From Nitrospirota bacterium (GTDB taxonomy: Bacteria > Nitrospirota > UBA9217), in NCBI GenBank assembly GCA_963796285.1, contig CAWCKW010000010.1, positions 1 to 64,000 on the forward strand: a stretch of DNA of 64,000 bases, given 5' to 3'. The notes below the pieces were generated by a model. The model ran no database searches, was not told where the DNA came from, and saw only the letters and a program-made list of their open reading frames with translations. Below, piece after piece: positions 1 to 12,022 of the stretch (within the stretch, counting starts at the first letter, position 1; each line of letters opens with the position of its first letter). The position numbers and the translations under genes are program-made.

Positions 1-2
1 CG

Positions 3-767
3 CAACACAGGGAGCAGCGTCAAATAAACTTTACGAGAGCAACGGATGTTTGGACCGATAAGGATATTGAAAATAATTGGGATGTCGTTAAGAAATGGAC
101 GGATGCAGCGGGTCCGGCGGCTTTAATTCTAGGTTCATTGTTGATATATCAAAATAGCGGCAGTAATACGGGCGCAGCTCTTATTGGGAGCGGCGCCGCA
201 TTGAGATAAGTAGGCAATATAGGCATGTTAGGTCAAATGTTCGGGGGCGTCAATAACAGAACGAGAGCACAGGTTGCCAAAAAAACTATTAACACATTGC
301 AAGATATTGAGGCGTCAAGGCAGGCAAATGAAGATTCACAACTTATGTATGGGTTTTTAAAAAGTTATAGCAATAAATCTGAAAAACTATTAAGTACAAT
401 ATTAACGTTGTCAAACGACGCTAAAGACTTAATGGGTGTAGCTCCCTCTCCCGCTAAAGCGAAAAGGATCGTGGAGCTCTGTGATAAAACGAGAGAGGCA
501 GTAAGTAGCTTCAAAGAGGCTGCCGGATTTGCAGGAGATTACGCCTATCAATTATTAACTATTTATGAAAAATACCATGATGAAGTTTCGCCGCCTTTAG
601 ATAGAAAGAAATATGAGGATGCACAACAAAGCGTGAAAGAATTTAGTTCCAACTATGATAAAATAATTGTTCCTTTCTTAGAGGGCGTACCCGAGGAAAT
701 AGAAGCAATGCAAAATATAAAGGCAGCTATCATTGCAAACAGCATTGCTGATAAGCAGTACTTCTAA
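3..767 (+). CDS. Hypothetical AT-rich helical protein, 5'-partial; ORF 225..767 continues an open frame from the window start across one in-frame TAA (207-209)
   Basis: Frame 3 is open from base 3 (QHREQRQINF...GAALIGSGAALR*) and in frame with the 180-aa ORF; no recognisable motif; more AT-rich than neighbours. Confidence 0.5.
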
Positions 768-841
768 TGATATGCTAAAAGAGCGCGCGACGGACTTGAT
801 GCACAGCCACGCGCGATTCATTGCACGCATGGATGTTAATC

Positions 842-2277
842 ATGACTCCGAAGAGAAAAAAAATCTACTTCAAAACAACGGGCGCGATCATCCTGGTCGT
901 CGTTGCGATCATCCTCGTTCTCCTGCTCAATCTACAAGCCTTTAAACCGCAGATCAGTCAGCTGTGTCGAATGCCCTGGGGATGGAGGTCCGGATCAAGG
1001 GCAGGTTGGGCATCGATCTTGTTCCGGGTTTCGGCATATCGCTGAGGAACGTCAGCGTGCGGAACGGGGGCGCGGATGTCGTTACCGTTTAGAAGATGAG
1101 GATAGGGCTGAGGTTCATTCCCCTGACGAGACACGAAGTTCGGCTAAGCCGGGTCGGGCTTATCAAGCCGGTCTTCTCTCTGGTCCGATATAAAAACGGG
1201 AAGTTCAATTTTGAAAAACCGGGGCGCTCACTGATAGAAAGGCTTCTTACGGTGAAAAAGATATCCATCTCAGAGGGGAGACTTGTTTATACGGATGAAC
1301 AATCCAGCGGGAAGATCCAGGTGGACGACTTCGATGGGACCATACGAGATCTTTCATACGGCATGAGGGAAGGCGCGGGACCATTCATGAACATCTCATT
1401 CTCCGGGGATATCAGATGCAAGGCACTCTTGATCAACAACCTCACCCTGACAAACCTCGTGATGGGAACAAAAGGGGAAAACGGGATACTCGATATAGAC
1501 CCGGTCAGTATGCATATCTTCGGCGGGACCGGGAAGGGAAGCGTTCATATTGACATGACTAAGGCGTCGCCCCATTACCGGGTGATCACTTCGCTTGACA
1601 GGTTCAGGGTCGAGGAACTGATTCAGGCATTATCAACCGGGAAAAGCTCCCGGAGAAGCATTGAAGGAACGGTCAACTTTTCCGCGGACCTGACGGCAAC
1701 GGGGCGGAGCGCGGATGAGGTGAAGAGGTCGCTCAACGGCAGCGTTTCCTTGAACGGGGACAATCTTACACTCTACGGCTTCGATATCGATGCCCTTATC
1801 CCCAAGTATGAACAAAGCCAGAACTTCAACCTCGTGGATGTAGGGGCATACCTGCTCGTGGGCCCCTTCGGACCGGTGCTTACCAAGAGCTACAATTTCG
1901 GAAGCGTGTACGAAGAGTCGCGGGGCGGAAAAGGGACCATCAGCAAATTCGCTTCAAACTGGAAAGTAAAAAACGGCATTGCCGGGGCGATCGATGTCGC
2001 CCTTGCCACAAAAAAATACCGGATCGCCATGAAGGGCGGATTGAACTTCACCACCGACCAGTTTGACGACGTAACCGTGGCGGTCCTCGATAAAGGCGGA
2101 TGCGCTGTTTACAGCCAGAAAGTGCACGGGCCGTTCCGCAACGCGAAGATCGAAAAGATAAGCATGCTTAAATCAATTTCGGGATCCGTGTCGAACGCGC
2201 TGAAAGATGCGTGGAAATTCATTGGTGGAGAGTGCACGGTATTTTACTCAGGTTCGGTGGCTCAGCCCGATGGGTAA
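842..2277 (+). CDS. AsmA family protein (frameshifted near 955-1090)
   Basis: N-terminal TM anchor (GAIILVVVAIILVLLLNL..FKPQI); beta-rich body with SLNGSVSLNG..LYGFDIDALI and WKVKNGIA..DVALAT AsmA-like segments. Confidence 0.75.
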
Positions 2278-2480
2278 GCATAATCCATGACAATGCGGTG
2301 CCTCCCGGGGATTCGGATACGCATTTTCCTATAAAAAGTGAGCACTCTCTGTGTTAAAATGCTGAATCGTGAACTGTTTAACGAATGATCAGCGATAGCG
2401 GGAGAACAGATGGTCAAAAAGCAATCATCGGCTAGACCTCCATCGAAGGGCGTCAGAGCCTTCCTGCGATCAGGTCAGGG

Positions 2481-2509
2481 TTGACAGCGGAAGGATGCGA
2501 ATATATACT
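2481..2509 (+). promoter_or_regulatory. Sigma70-type promoter
   Basis: TTGACA-17 bp-TATACT upstream of the dsbA-like/peroxidase genes. Confidence 0.65.
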
Positions 2510-2699
2510 TTTAGTAACTACGGTCACCTGATCTCTTAGTTCCTGAACTGCTCTCCCTGAACGATGTCCGATCTGGAGGGAGAGGAATAAACCCGAATCC
2601 CCCTGGCAGTTGTGTGATTGCGGACGAGCTTTTGTTTTTCTGAACGGTTGTTGCCAGTAATTTGGAAGGTGACGTGACGATGCGAGAGGAGAACGCTAT

Positions 2700-3286
2700 A
2701 TGAGAAAACTATTTTTCATCATGATAGTCACACTCATCTCAGTGTCTGCTGTTGCTGAAGAAAAGCGGTTTTCCGTACCCATCGGCGATTCTCCGGCGAC
2801 CGGTCCCGCGAATGCGCCGGTGACGATCATCGAATTCCTCGATTTCCAGTGACCGCACTGCATGGCGGCGGGTCCGACCGTCAAAAAGATCATGGATACC
2901 TATAAAGGAAAAGTCAGGCTCGTGATCAAAAACTATCCTTATATATACCGCGATTATTCCCATATCGCGGCTGAGGCTCGCTGGCGGCGCGGGACCAGGG
3001 AAAATACTGGGAGATGCATGACCTTCTGCTCAAGCGGTCGCCGAAGCTCGACCGGGCCAGTCTCATCCAGTATGCGAAGGAACTGGGGCTTGATACGAAG
3101 AAGTTCACTGAATCCCTCGATGCTAAGAAGCATGCGCAGGAGATCGAACAGGACAAGAAGTTTGCCGTGGACATGGACCTCTACAACACGCCCACCTTTT
3201 TCATCAACGGACGCAAGGTCGTGGGTGAACGGCCGTTCGAGTACTTCAAAAAGATCATTGACGAGGAACTGAGAGCGTCGCGCTAA
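2700..3286 (+). CDS. Periplasmic DsbA/thioredoxin-fold selenoprotein (UPHC active site; one frameshift near 2978)
   Basis: RBS GAGGAG, ATG 2700, signal peptide, GPANAPVTIIEFLDFQ-TGA(2850-2852)-PHC, KVRLVIKNYP, GKYWEMHDLL, TPTFFING. Confidence 0.88.
2863..2883 (+). promoter_or_regulatory. Bacterial SECIS-like hairpin
   Basis: UGGCGG-CG-GGUC-CG-A-CCGUCA begins 10 nt after the in-frame UGA; the GGUC apex resembles the E. coli fdhF SECIS. Confidence 0.7.
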
Positions 3287-3409
3287 ATTCACATTCCGGA
3301 GTTCCTGGTCCGGAGTATTCGGAGTTCGGAGTGATTTGCGACCTCCTCCTGCCCCTGGCGCGACGGTTGCGGGTGAGGGGCCTTAGGGATACGATCGGAG
3401 ATAAATGAA

Positions 3410-4471
3410 ATGCCGTTCAACCTGTTCGTGACGATGGGGATCAGCCTTCTCCTGGTCATGCACCATGACGCCTTTGCCGGCAACCTCGAACCTGTTCGAG
3501 CCGTACCGGTCCCGGAACAGAACGCGCAGACGCCGGAGAAGATCGAGCTTGGTAAAAAACTTTTCTTCGACCGGCGGCTTTCCGGGGACGGCACCATGAG
3601 CTGTGTCACCTGCCATGACCCGGAAAAGGCCTTCACCGACGGGTTGGAACTGTCGCTCAGTTATCCCACAACGCGGAACTGGCGCAACTCTCCCACGCTC
3701 GTCAATGTGGCGTTCCAGAAATTTCTTTTTCACGACGGCCGATCCCTGACCCTGGAGGACCAGGCGCTCTTTCCCATGATGTCCGCATTCGAGATGAACC
3801 GGAACCTCGATTTCGTCGAGGAGGTGATCCGGTCGGTGCCGGAGTATGTGGATGCGTTCCAGAAGGTCTTCGGCGGTGAGGTGACGCGGGAGCGCATGGC
3901 AATGGCCATTGCCGCCTTCGAGCGCACGATCATCTCCGTGAATTCCCCGCTCGATAAATACCTGAAAGGGGACAGGAACGCGATCTCGGATGACGCGAAA
4001 AAGGGACTTGCACTATTCCTGGGAAAAGCCAGATGCGGAGAGTGCCATTTCGGCGTTAACCTGTCAGATGACAAGTTCCACGCACTTAACGTGCCTGAGA
4101 ATCCGGAACACCAGAACGACCCCCGGATCGCCGCTACGAGAAGGTTCGTTGCCAAGGTTTACCATTACGATGACTACCGCAACCTGACCGAAGACCCGGG
4201 CCGGTATCTCATCACCAAGGACAAAAAGGACTGGAAGGCGTTCAGGACGCCGACCTTGCGAGAGATCGCGAAGACCGCGCCGTATATGCACAATGGCATC
4301 TTCGCGACACTTGACGAGGTGATCCAGTTCTTTGATAAGGGCGGCGGCGGGGGGAACAGGGTGCTTCAGCCGCTGGGCTTGAACGACAGGGAAAAGAAAT
4401 ACCTCAGGACGTTCCTTGTTGAGGCGCTGACCGGTGAAGACTTCGTCATCCGGTATCCGAAGGTGCCGTAG
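3410..4471 (+). CDS. Di-heme cytochrome c peroxidase (CCP/MauG family)
   Basis: LGKKLFFDRRLSGDGTMSCVTCH, RNSPTLVN, CGECH, FRTPTLREIAKTAPYMHNG. Confidence 0.92.
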   Translation: MPFNLFVTMGISLLLVMHHDAFAGNLEPVRAVPVPEQNAQTPEKIELGKKLFFDRRLSGDGTMSCVTCHDPEKAFTDGLELSLSYPTTRNWRNSPTLVNVAFQKFLFHDGRSLTLEDQALFPMMSAFEMNRNLDFVEEVIRSVPEYVDAFQKVFGGEVTRERMAMAIAAFERTIISVNSPLDKYLKGDRNAISDDAKKGLALFLGKARCGECHFGVNLSDDKFHALNVPENPEHQNDPRIAATRRFVAKVYHYDDYRNLTEDPGRYLITKDKKDWKAFRTPTLREIAKTAPYMHNGIFATLDEVIQFFDKGGGGGNRVLQPLGLNDREKKYLRTFLVEALTGEDFVIRYPKVP

Positions 4472-4511
4472 TCAGTTACGAATCAAATTCTTAAAAAAGG
4501 GAAGAGTTTTT

Positions 4512-4650
4512 TCTCGCAGAGGTGCAGAGTTCGCAGAGAACAGATAAAAAATGTTTTGGGTTAATACCAAGGCTTAAAGGTTTTGATTTAACTCTGCGCC
4601 CTCCGTTTATGCCCGCGCAATGGCAACAGCAGGGTACGTGCTCTGCGAGA
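4512..4650. repeat. REP-like palindromic intergenic element
   Basis: Terminal inverted repeat TCTCGCAGAG/CTCTGCGAGA with internal GCAGAG units; same family at 17553 and 32607. Confidence 0.6.
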
Positions 4651-4775
4651 GTCGCCCTTTTGTTTCCGGCTTGTCCGGGTCAGGAGCTGAGAACGCGAGA
4701 AACTTAAACGGAATACCATGCTTAAATGGATACCTGCCGCTGAACTATCCGATCTAATCCTATTGAAAAGTTTTT

Positions 4776-5534
4776 ATGGACCTCATCGAAGAGCTTATCG
4801 CGAAGAAACCGCATCTCGAGGACCCGCTGCGGTTCTATGAAAAGTCCCTTCAGTTCACGGATGGGGTGAGAGCGCTTGGCATGCCGTCGAAGCCGGGTTT
4901 GAACGCCTATCCACCGGCATTCATTGGTCGGATCGTTGAGCGCTTCTTGTCTGTTTTTGATCTGCCTGAGGGCAGCCTGTCTCCCCTGAAACAGGCACTG
5001 GAGCTTGGGGAGATCGATTTTACCAGACTTCCGTTGCTCGAAGTGCCTGCGTTCTCGCTCCCCTATGCCGAGGACGATCTTACGATGCTCCTTTTCCTTC
5101 TGAGCAGACCGTATTTTTTCGGAATGCATGACGTTTTATCGTATGATGACCGCCTCTGGGAGAAGGGAAGGTGCCCTGTGTGCAGTGCGCGACCGGCCCT
5201 GTCGTCTATTTCCCCGGAAGGCCGTCAACAGCTGTACTGTTCGTTCTGCGGCACGAAAGGACAGTATGATGCCATCGGCTGCCATGTTTGTCATAACCAG
5301 GACCCGGCACGGCTGGACACGATCGTATTTGAGAATGAAGCGGGATTCAGGTTCCGGGCCTGCAACGCGTGCAGATCGTATGTGAAGATCGTGGACAGGG
5401 AATTGCTGGATCGCATGACGCCTGATCTCGCTGACCTTATAAGCCTGCCCCTGGACATTGTGGTCCAGGAAAAAGGCTACAAGCGTCCTTCGCCGAATGC
5501 TATCGGCATGGTGAGGATGTCCGCGAGCGGATGA
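4776..5534 (+). CDS. fdhE: Formate dehydrogenase accessory protein FdhE
   Basis: WEKGRCPVC, LYCSFCGT, CHVC, CNACRSYVK, DLISLPLD...GY. Confidence 0.85.
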   Translation: MDLIEELIAKKPHLEDPLRFYEKSLQFTDGVRALGMPSKPGLNAYPPAFIGRIVERFLSVFDLPEGSLSPLKQALELGEIDFTRLPLLEVPAFSLPYAEDDLTMLLFLLSRPYFFGMHDVLSYDDRLWEKGRCPVCSARPALSSISPEGRQQLYCSFCGTKGQYDAIGCHVCHNQDPARLDTIVFENEAGFRFRACNACRSYVKIVDRELLDRMTPDLADLISLPLDIVVQEKGYKRPSPNAIGMVRMSASG

Positions 5535-5560
5535 AATGAGGTGACGGCGGGTGTGATATT

Positions 5561-7048
5561 TTATCCGCTGATTTTCTGGATCGCCTTTTTGATCTTGTCC
5601 GAATTCGGGTCGAGTTGTAAGGCCTTCTGGTAAGACGTGAGCGCCTTTGCTTTCAGTCCGCTCCTCGCATAAAAGTTCCCCAACTCCAGATGGTACTCGT
5701 TTTTTTCGGGAGCCATCTCGGTCGCCAGCACGATATGTTCTTCCGCGTCGTGGCCTCTGCGCGGGATGCGCGCGAGCGCGAGCCCTCGGTGAAATACGGC
5801 ATCAGCGTTCCCGGGATCAAGACGCGTTGCCCACTCGAAGGCTTCCTCGGCGCCCCAATAATTACCCTGGCTAAACTGCCTCATCCCCTCGTTGAATTGC
5901 GCGAGAGCGGCCTCTTTGTTGTTGACCGATTTTTCCGAATGACCCCGTTCCGCCCTCACGCGCACTCGTGCCCCGCTGGCGAGGTCGATGTTGTATTGGT
6001 CGCGTGCGGCCGGTGTGCTCAGTGTTTCATAGGCATCATGGATCCGGGTAAAGAGCGCTTCAAGTTTCTCTTTCATGTCGCTCATCTCGGGTTCAAAGTG
6101 CCGGTCCGGATGGTAGAGCTTGGCGAGATGGAAATATGCCTTCTTGATCTCCAGGTGTGCGGCGCCGTGGCCCACCTCGAGCACTTCATAATGGTTCTGA
6201 CGTTCAAGACTTTCGAAGGCATGCTGGAGCATCTTTTTTGTGACGGAGATCTCAGCCGCAGCAGGTTCCCCCGCTATTTTCTCTTTGGCCGCGACGGTTT
6301 CGCGCACGACCTCACATACGATTTTTCCCTCTGCGGTTTTGATCTCTCCTGCTTCCGCCATCCTGAGCGCCAGCAGCGTGTAGATCGCCTTGAGCGTGTT
6401 GAAGTCCCCGATTCCCGACAGTACGCATATTTCCTGGATGCTTTTGCAGCCATCGAGGAGCGAAAAGACCGACTGCTGGTCCTGATCGAGGTGGACGCTC
6501 TGGAAGAGGAGTGAGGGGTCCGTGGATGGGCGAAGGATGGTCATGATCGAAGGGAGCGATTTGCGTACCCCCTTCCAGTCGAGCGTGCGTATGCCCTCGA
6601 TGATCAGGTCCCCGGTGCTCATATGGATCGGGACGATCTCGGAGACCGGCAGCGGGCCGCCATCGAACTGGTAGTGTCCGTCGCGCCAGCTGAACAGCTT
6701 AAGGATGATCTCCTTGACCTGGAGCTTCACTTGGGCCACGAGGTCCTGCGCGGTGAGGCTTCCCATCTCGAACAGGACGGCCCCCAGTTTTTTGCCGGTT
6801 CTGATGACGACTTCCGACGATTTTTCGAACTGGGCGCTGGTGATCTTCCCCGTTCGCATCAGGAACTCTCCCAGCCGGTCTTCATCCAAATTTGATGAGG
6901 CGAAGAGGATGTCCCCGTTCTTGAAGAATACCTTTTTTACTTCCGTATCACGCGAAAAGACCACAGTGCCGGTCTCTTTTTCTTTCCGGAGGTCCTGAAA
7001 GAGCCAGGGGAGGGTCATGTCTTTAATATCGCCGGAGGGTGAGATCAT
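5561..7048 (-). CDS. DUF4388/PatA_N-like + DnaJ J-domain + TPR protein
   Basis: N-terminal SGDIKDMTLPWLFQ...ETGTV, RLGEFL, LFSWRDGHYQF; J-domain NHYEVLEV..IKKAYFHLAKLYHPD; C-terminal TPRs. Confidence 0.85.
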   Translation of the reverse strand: MISPSGDIKDMTLPWLFQDLRKEKETGTVVFSRDTEVKKVFFKNGDILFASSNLDEDRLGEFLMRTGKITSAQFEKSSEVVIRTGKKLGAVLFEMGSLTAQDLVAQVKLQVKEIILKLFSWRDGHYQFDGGPLPVSEIVPIHMSTGDLIIEGIRTLDWKGVRKSLPSIMTILRPSTDPSLLFQSVHLDQDQQSVFSLLDGCKSIQEICVLSGIGDFNTLKAIYTLLALRMAEAGEIKTAEGKIVCEVVRETVAAKEKIAGEPAAAEISVTKKMLQHAFESLERQNHYEVLEVGHGAAHLEIKKAYFHLAKLYHPDRHFEPEMSDMKEKLEALFTRIHDAYETLSTPAARDQYNIDLASGARVRVRAERGHSEKSVNNKEAALAQFNEGMRQFSQGNYWGAEEAFEWATRLDPGNADAVFHRGLALARIPRRGHDAEEHIVLATEMAPEKNEYHLELGNFYARSGLKAKALTSYQKALQLDPNSDKIKKAIQKISG

Positions 7049-7384
7049 GGTGCTCCTTGGGGCTGTCAAATAGAGAGCCTGCCGACAAAAACGAATTATT
7101 ATATCACTATTTCCATAGTTTGCACAATTATTTGCGCGTAGCTCCATCCCGCGTATGCTGCCGCAATACCCAATTTTATACGCAGGTCATTGACTAACGT
7201 CCTGCTTCTTATTATAATGAAACATACTCTTCCGATTTACTCCGTGCGAGATTGTCCAGCGTGCTCTCCGGAGCGGGTCTCAAATGATAACGTGCTTTTT
7301 TCGATCTCTCCTCCCATGGCGGACCGATCGACCATTTCCCTTATTATCGTAACTCGCAAATCCAAGGCAGTAAAGGAAAGGCTC

Positions 7385-10300
7385 ATGCAAAAAGACCTCT
7401 TCCTCGGTATCGATATCGGTTCGGTGACCATCAAGACCGCACTCTTCGATAGGGACAAGACGCTTCTCTTCGAGACATACACCCGAATCAAGGGTGACCC
7501 GCTCATGTCCCTCGAGAACGAGCTTCGGACCCTCACGTCGCAATTTCCCGAAAGCGACATCATTGCAGCCGGCATCACCGGCAGCGGCGGCAAGCAGGTG
7601 GCCGGGACCATTGGGGCTTTGTTCATCAACGAGATACTCGCCCAGTCAGCCTTCGCCGGCAGCTATCATCCTGATGCGCGAACGATCATCGAGATGGGCG
7701 GAGAGGACGCGAAAGTCATCACCCTCGCCCGCGATGCGGCCTCTCAGGGGGTCAGGATCGAAGACTTTTCCATGAACGCGGCCTGCGCCGCGGGCACCGG
7801 GTCATTTCTCGATCAGCAGGCCTCACGCCTTCACCTCACCATAGAAGAGTTCAGCGCCATCGCTCTCAAATCCAAAACGCCGCCGCGTGTCGCGGGCCGG
7901 TGCAGCGTATTCGCCAAGAGCGACATGATCCACCTCCAGCAGAGCGCTACACCGGATTACGATATTGTGGCCGGGCTCTGTTTTGCCATGGCCAGGAATT
8001 TCAAGGCAACCGTGGGCAAGGGCAAAAAGTTCCATACGCCTCTTTTGTTTCTCGGCGGCGTGGCGGCGAATCTCGGCATGCGCAGGGCCTTCCGCGAAGT
8101 GCTGGCACTGTCGGAATCCGATATGACGGTGCCCGATCACTTTACCACCTCGGGCGCGATCGGTGCTGCGCTCATGGTCATGGAGCAGCTCCCGCCGTCC
8201 TGTTCCGTACCGAGGCGTCTCCGCGCTTGCCGCCTGCCTCTCCGCAGGAGAAAAGATTGCCGCGTTCCGGCGTAAGCCCTCTTGCCGAGTCCCCGCGGCA
8301 TCATGCCGAATCCGGACTGCGATGCGACACCGGATGCGGACGGCCTGATCGAGGTCTATCTGGGAGTGGACGTGGGGTCGGTCTCGACCAATGTAGTCGT
8401 GATCGACAAGACACATGCGGGTGCTGTCCAAACGGTATTTGCCCACCGCAGGCAGGCCGATCGAGGCGGTCAAGCAGGGACTGGCGGAAGTGGGCGAGGA
8501 GATCGGCGCGCGCGTGAAGATCCTCGGGGCAGGCACCACGGGTTCGGGCAGGTATTTAACGGGCGACATGATCGGCGCTGACGTGGTCAGGAACGAGATC
8601 ACGGCCCAGGCAACTGCCGCCGCCGCCATCGATCCCACGGTGGACACCGTCTTCGAGATCGGCGGGCAGGACTCGAAATATATCAGCCTCCGTGACGGGG
8701 CGGTGGTGGACTTCGAGATGAACAAGGCCTGCGCCGCGGGTACGGGTTCGTTCCTTGAAGAGCAGGCGGAGCGACTTGGCATCAGCATCAAGCAGGAGTT
8801 CGAGAGACAGGGCGTTCGAGGCGCGCATCGCCCTGCAGGTTCGGCGAGCGCTGCACCGTGTTCATGGAGTCCGACCTGGTCCACTCCATGAATACCGGCT
8901 CGGGAGTGGAAGAGCTTACCGCCGGGCTCGCCTACTCCATTGTCTATAACTATCTCAATAAAGTCGTGGCCGGCAAGCGCGTCGGGGACCGCATCTTCTT
9001 CCAGGGAGGCGTTGCCGCGAACAGGGCCGTCGTGTCCGCCTTTGAGACGATCACGAACAGGCCCATCACGGTTCCGCCGCACCACGAGGTTACCGGCGCG
9101 ATCGGCGTGGCCATCCTTGCCATGCGCGAACGTACGGGTGCAAGTACCTTCAAGGGTTTTGACCTGAGCAAGCGCGATTACACGGTCACGACCTTCGAGT
9201 GCGCCGAGTGCGCGAACCGCTGTGATATCCGCCGGGTGGTCTTCGACGGCGAGAAGCCGCTCTTTTACGGCAGCCGGTGCGAGAAGTATGAGGTAAAGAA
9301 GAAGGCGCGTCTTCCGGCGCACTGCGGGACCTGTTCGCGGAGCGGGAGAACCTGCTCATGAACGCGACCGGACACCATCAGCTTGCTGAGCATGCACCGA
9401 GCATCGGCATTCCGCGCATGCTGTATGTGAACGATTTTCTGCCGTTCTTTCAGACCTTCTTTGGCGAGCTTGGTTTCCGGGTGGTGCTGTCGGATCGCAC
9501 GAACCGGACACTGATCAACCGGGCGCTCGAGGCCACCGTGGCCGAGACCTGCTTTCCCGCCAAGGTCGCGCTCGGACACATTCAGGACCTTATCGATAAA
9601 AAAGTGGATATCCTGTTCCTGCCGAGCTTTATCCGGTTTCCCGCATCCGGGGGCCAGGACAAGAACCCGCAGGCCTGTCCCTATGCCCAGGCTTTACCCT
9701 ATATCGCCAGGTCATCGGTTCGCTATCGGTGACATCAAGGCGATCGAGCCGGTCCTCTATCTTCAGGACGAGCGTCATTTCAGCAAGAGCATGCAGCTGC
9801 TGGGTGCATCGCTCGGGAAGGGCAGGGCAGCGGTGAAGAGGGCGCAGCGGGTCGCCCTTCAGGCACAGGAAAAATTTCGTCATGCCGTTGAGGAGCATGG
9901 TCGTGCCGTCCTTGTCCGCGATCAAGCCCGGAGAAAAGGCGGTCGTGCTCATCGGGCGGAGCTATAACACCTGTGACCCCGGTGTGAACATGAACCTGCC
10001 TGCCAAGATCCGGGACCTGGGTATCCAGGCCATTCCCATGGATTTTCTTCCCCTTCACGGCGTGGACAGCCGCGGCCTTGAGAACATGTACTGGTTATCG
10101 GGACAGAAGATCATGGCTGCCGGGAGGATCGTCAGGGAACATCCAAACCTCTACCCCCTCTACATCACGAACTTCGGATGCGGACCGGATTCGTTCATCA
10201 CGCACTTCTTCAGGCATGAGATGTCAGGCAAACCCTTTCTCCAGCTCGAGATCGATGAGCACAGCGCCGATGCCGGGGCGATCACAAGGATCGAGGCGTT

Positions 10301-11572
10301 CCTGGACAGTCTTCATAATGCAGGGCAGGGCAGACCGAGCGGGCCTTTCTCGGTCAAAGGCAGGAGTACGGGAAGGCTTCATGCCAAAAAGGTCTATTTC
10401 CCGCCCATGACCGACCACGCGCATGCGCTCGCAGCCGCATTCCGGGCCTGCGGCGTGGATACCGAGGTGCTGCCCGAATCGGACGATGAGACCGTGCGGA
10501 TCGGCAGAAAACACAGTTCAGGCCGCGAGTGCTATCCCCTTGCGCTCACCACGGGCGATATGATCAAGGCAACGCGCAGGCCAGGCTTCGATCCCGACAG
10601 GAGCGCCTTCTTCATGCCCTCGGGAAAAGGACCCTGCCGCTTCGGACAATATCACCGCTACCACCGGCAGGTGCTCGACAGTCTGGGGCTCGACCGCGTG
10701 GAGGTCCTTTCTCCCATGCAGGACGAGTCGCTTCATAATGACTGTCCGTACGCTCGACAAGGATTTTGTGCTTATGTGCTGGCGCGGCGTGTTCGCCGTG
10801 GACATGCTCCAGAAAGCGCTCTGGGAATACCGGCCTTACGAAAAGCGGAAGGGACAGACAGACCGCATCTATCAGACCGCGCTGAACGAAGTGAGCGCTG
10901 CTATCGAGCGGAGGGCAGACCTCCTTCCCGTGCTGCGTGGCGTCTATGAGGACTTCTCCGCCATCGAGATCACCGAACGCACCAAACCGGTGATCGGCGT
11001 GGTGGGAGAGATCTATATCCGCTCCAACCGGTTCAGCAACGAGGACGTGGTACGGCAGATCGAGAGGCTCGGCGGCGAGGCCTGGGTCGCTCCGATCTCC
11101 GAGTGGCTCCTGTACGTGAACACAACGGCCAAGGTATCGGCAAAGATGAACCAATCATGGAAAGCCCTGCTCAAGGCATACATGACCGGAATGGGTCCAG
11201 CGCAGGGACGAGCGCCGGCTCCTGAGCGGTTTCAATGGCAACCTCCGGAGCCTGCACGAGCCGAGCATAGAACAGACCCTGCGCAGTGCCGCGCCTTACA
11301 TCCACCATTCTTTCGAAGGAGAGGCCGTGCTGTCCGTGGGCAAGGCCATTGACTACATCAACCGCGGCGTCTCGGGCATCGTGAACGTGATGCCCTTCAC
11401 GTGCATGCCCGGCACGATCGCGAGCGCCGTTTTGAAGCGAGTGCGCGAAGATCACCATAACATCCCCCTCCTGAACATCGCTTATGAAGGACAGGGCGAT
11501 TCCCAGACCCTTACCCGGATAGAGGCGTTCATGCACCAGGCACAGGCGTATAAGCAGGCAAGAACGTCATGA
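7385..11572 (+). CDS. CoA-substrate-specific enzyme activase (two BcrAD/BadFG ASKHA domains plus DUF2229/dehydratase-like domains), multiply frameshifted
   Basis: LGIDIGSVTIK, EMGGEDAK, CAAGTGSFL twice, GVDVGSVSTN, ETCFPAK, NFGCGPD, EIDEHSADAG, ECYP, GPCRFGQY, PFTCMPG spread over about 8 ORF pieces. Confidence 0.85.
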
Positions 11573-11669
11573 GCGGACGGCGAACAATGAGAATACGGTC
11601 CGTTTCATATGTTATTGACGCGGTCATTGCAACTGTTTCACTTACACTACTGTTTTTTCAATTATCAGC

Positions 11670-11699
11670 TTGACATGAATGCGGAGAAAACGGTATTCT
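11670..11699 (+). promoter_or_regulatory. Sigma70-type promoter for cspA
   Basis: TTGACA-18 bp-TATTCT. Confidence 0.45.
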
Positions 11700-11757
11700 C
11701 TACCTATCCGAGGAGAATTCCCGGATAATTTCAAAAAAGAAACAGAGGAGAAACAGA

Positions 11758-11958
11758 ATGGCAAACGGTGTAGTGAAGTGGTTCAACAACAGCAAGGGGT
11801 TTGGTTTTATCACGCAGGAGAACGGTGAGGACGTATTTGTGCACTTTTCGGCAATTTCGGGCGACGGTTTCAAGTCCCTGAACGAGGGTGACAAGGTGAC
11901 CTTCGAAGTCGTGAAGGGTCCCAAGGGTCTTCAGGCGGCGAACGTGGCCAAGGCCTAA
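11758..11958 (+). CDS. cspA: Cold-shock protein
   Basis: [42 protein letters not shown]. Confidence 0.97.
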   Translation: MANGVVKWFNNSKGFGFITQENGEDVFVHFSAISGDGFKSLNEGDKVTFEVVKGPKGLQAANVAKA

Positions 11959-11991
11959 GCACGACTCAAAAAATATTTATATAACCACTCC

Positions 11992-12022
11992 AAAGGCCCC
12001 GGAGCGATCCGGGGCTTTTTTT
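11992..12022 (+). terminator. Rho-independent terminator
   Basis: GCCCCGGA-GCGA-TCCGGGGC followed by T7. Confidence 0.85.

Noticed and set aside
207-209. In-frame TAA in the first ORF as stop-codon recoding
   Set aside because: TAA is used as a normal stop throughout the window; a local sequencing error or two separate ORFs is more likely
761-841. Possible attC site after the AT-rich first ORF
   Set aside because: Ends do not match RYYYAAC/GTTRRRY well and only a CGCGCG core pairs; no integrase in the window
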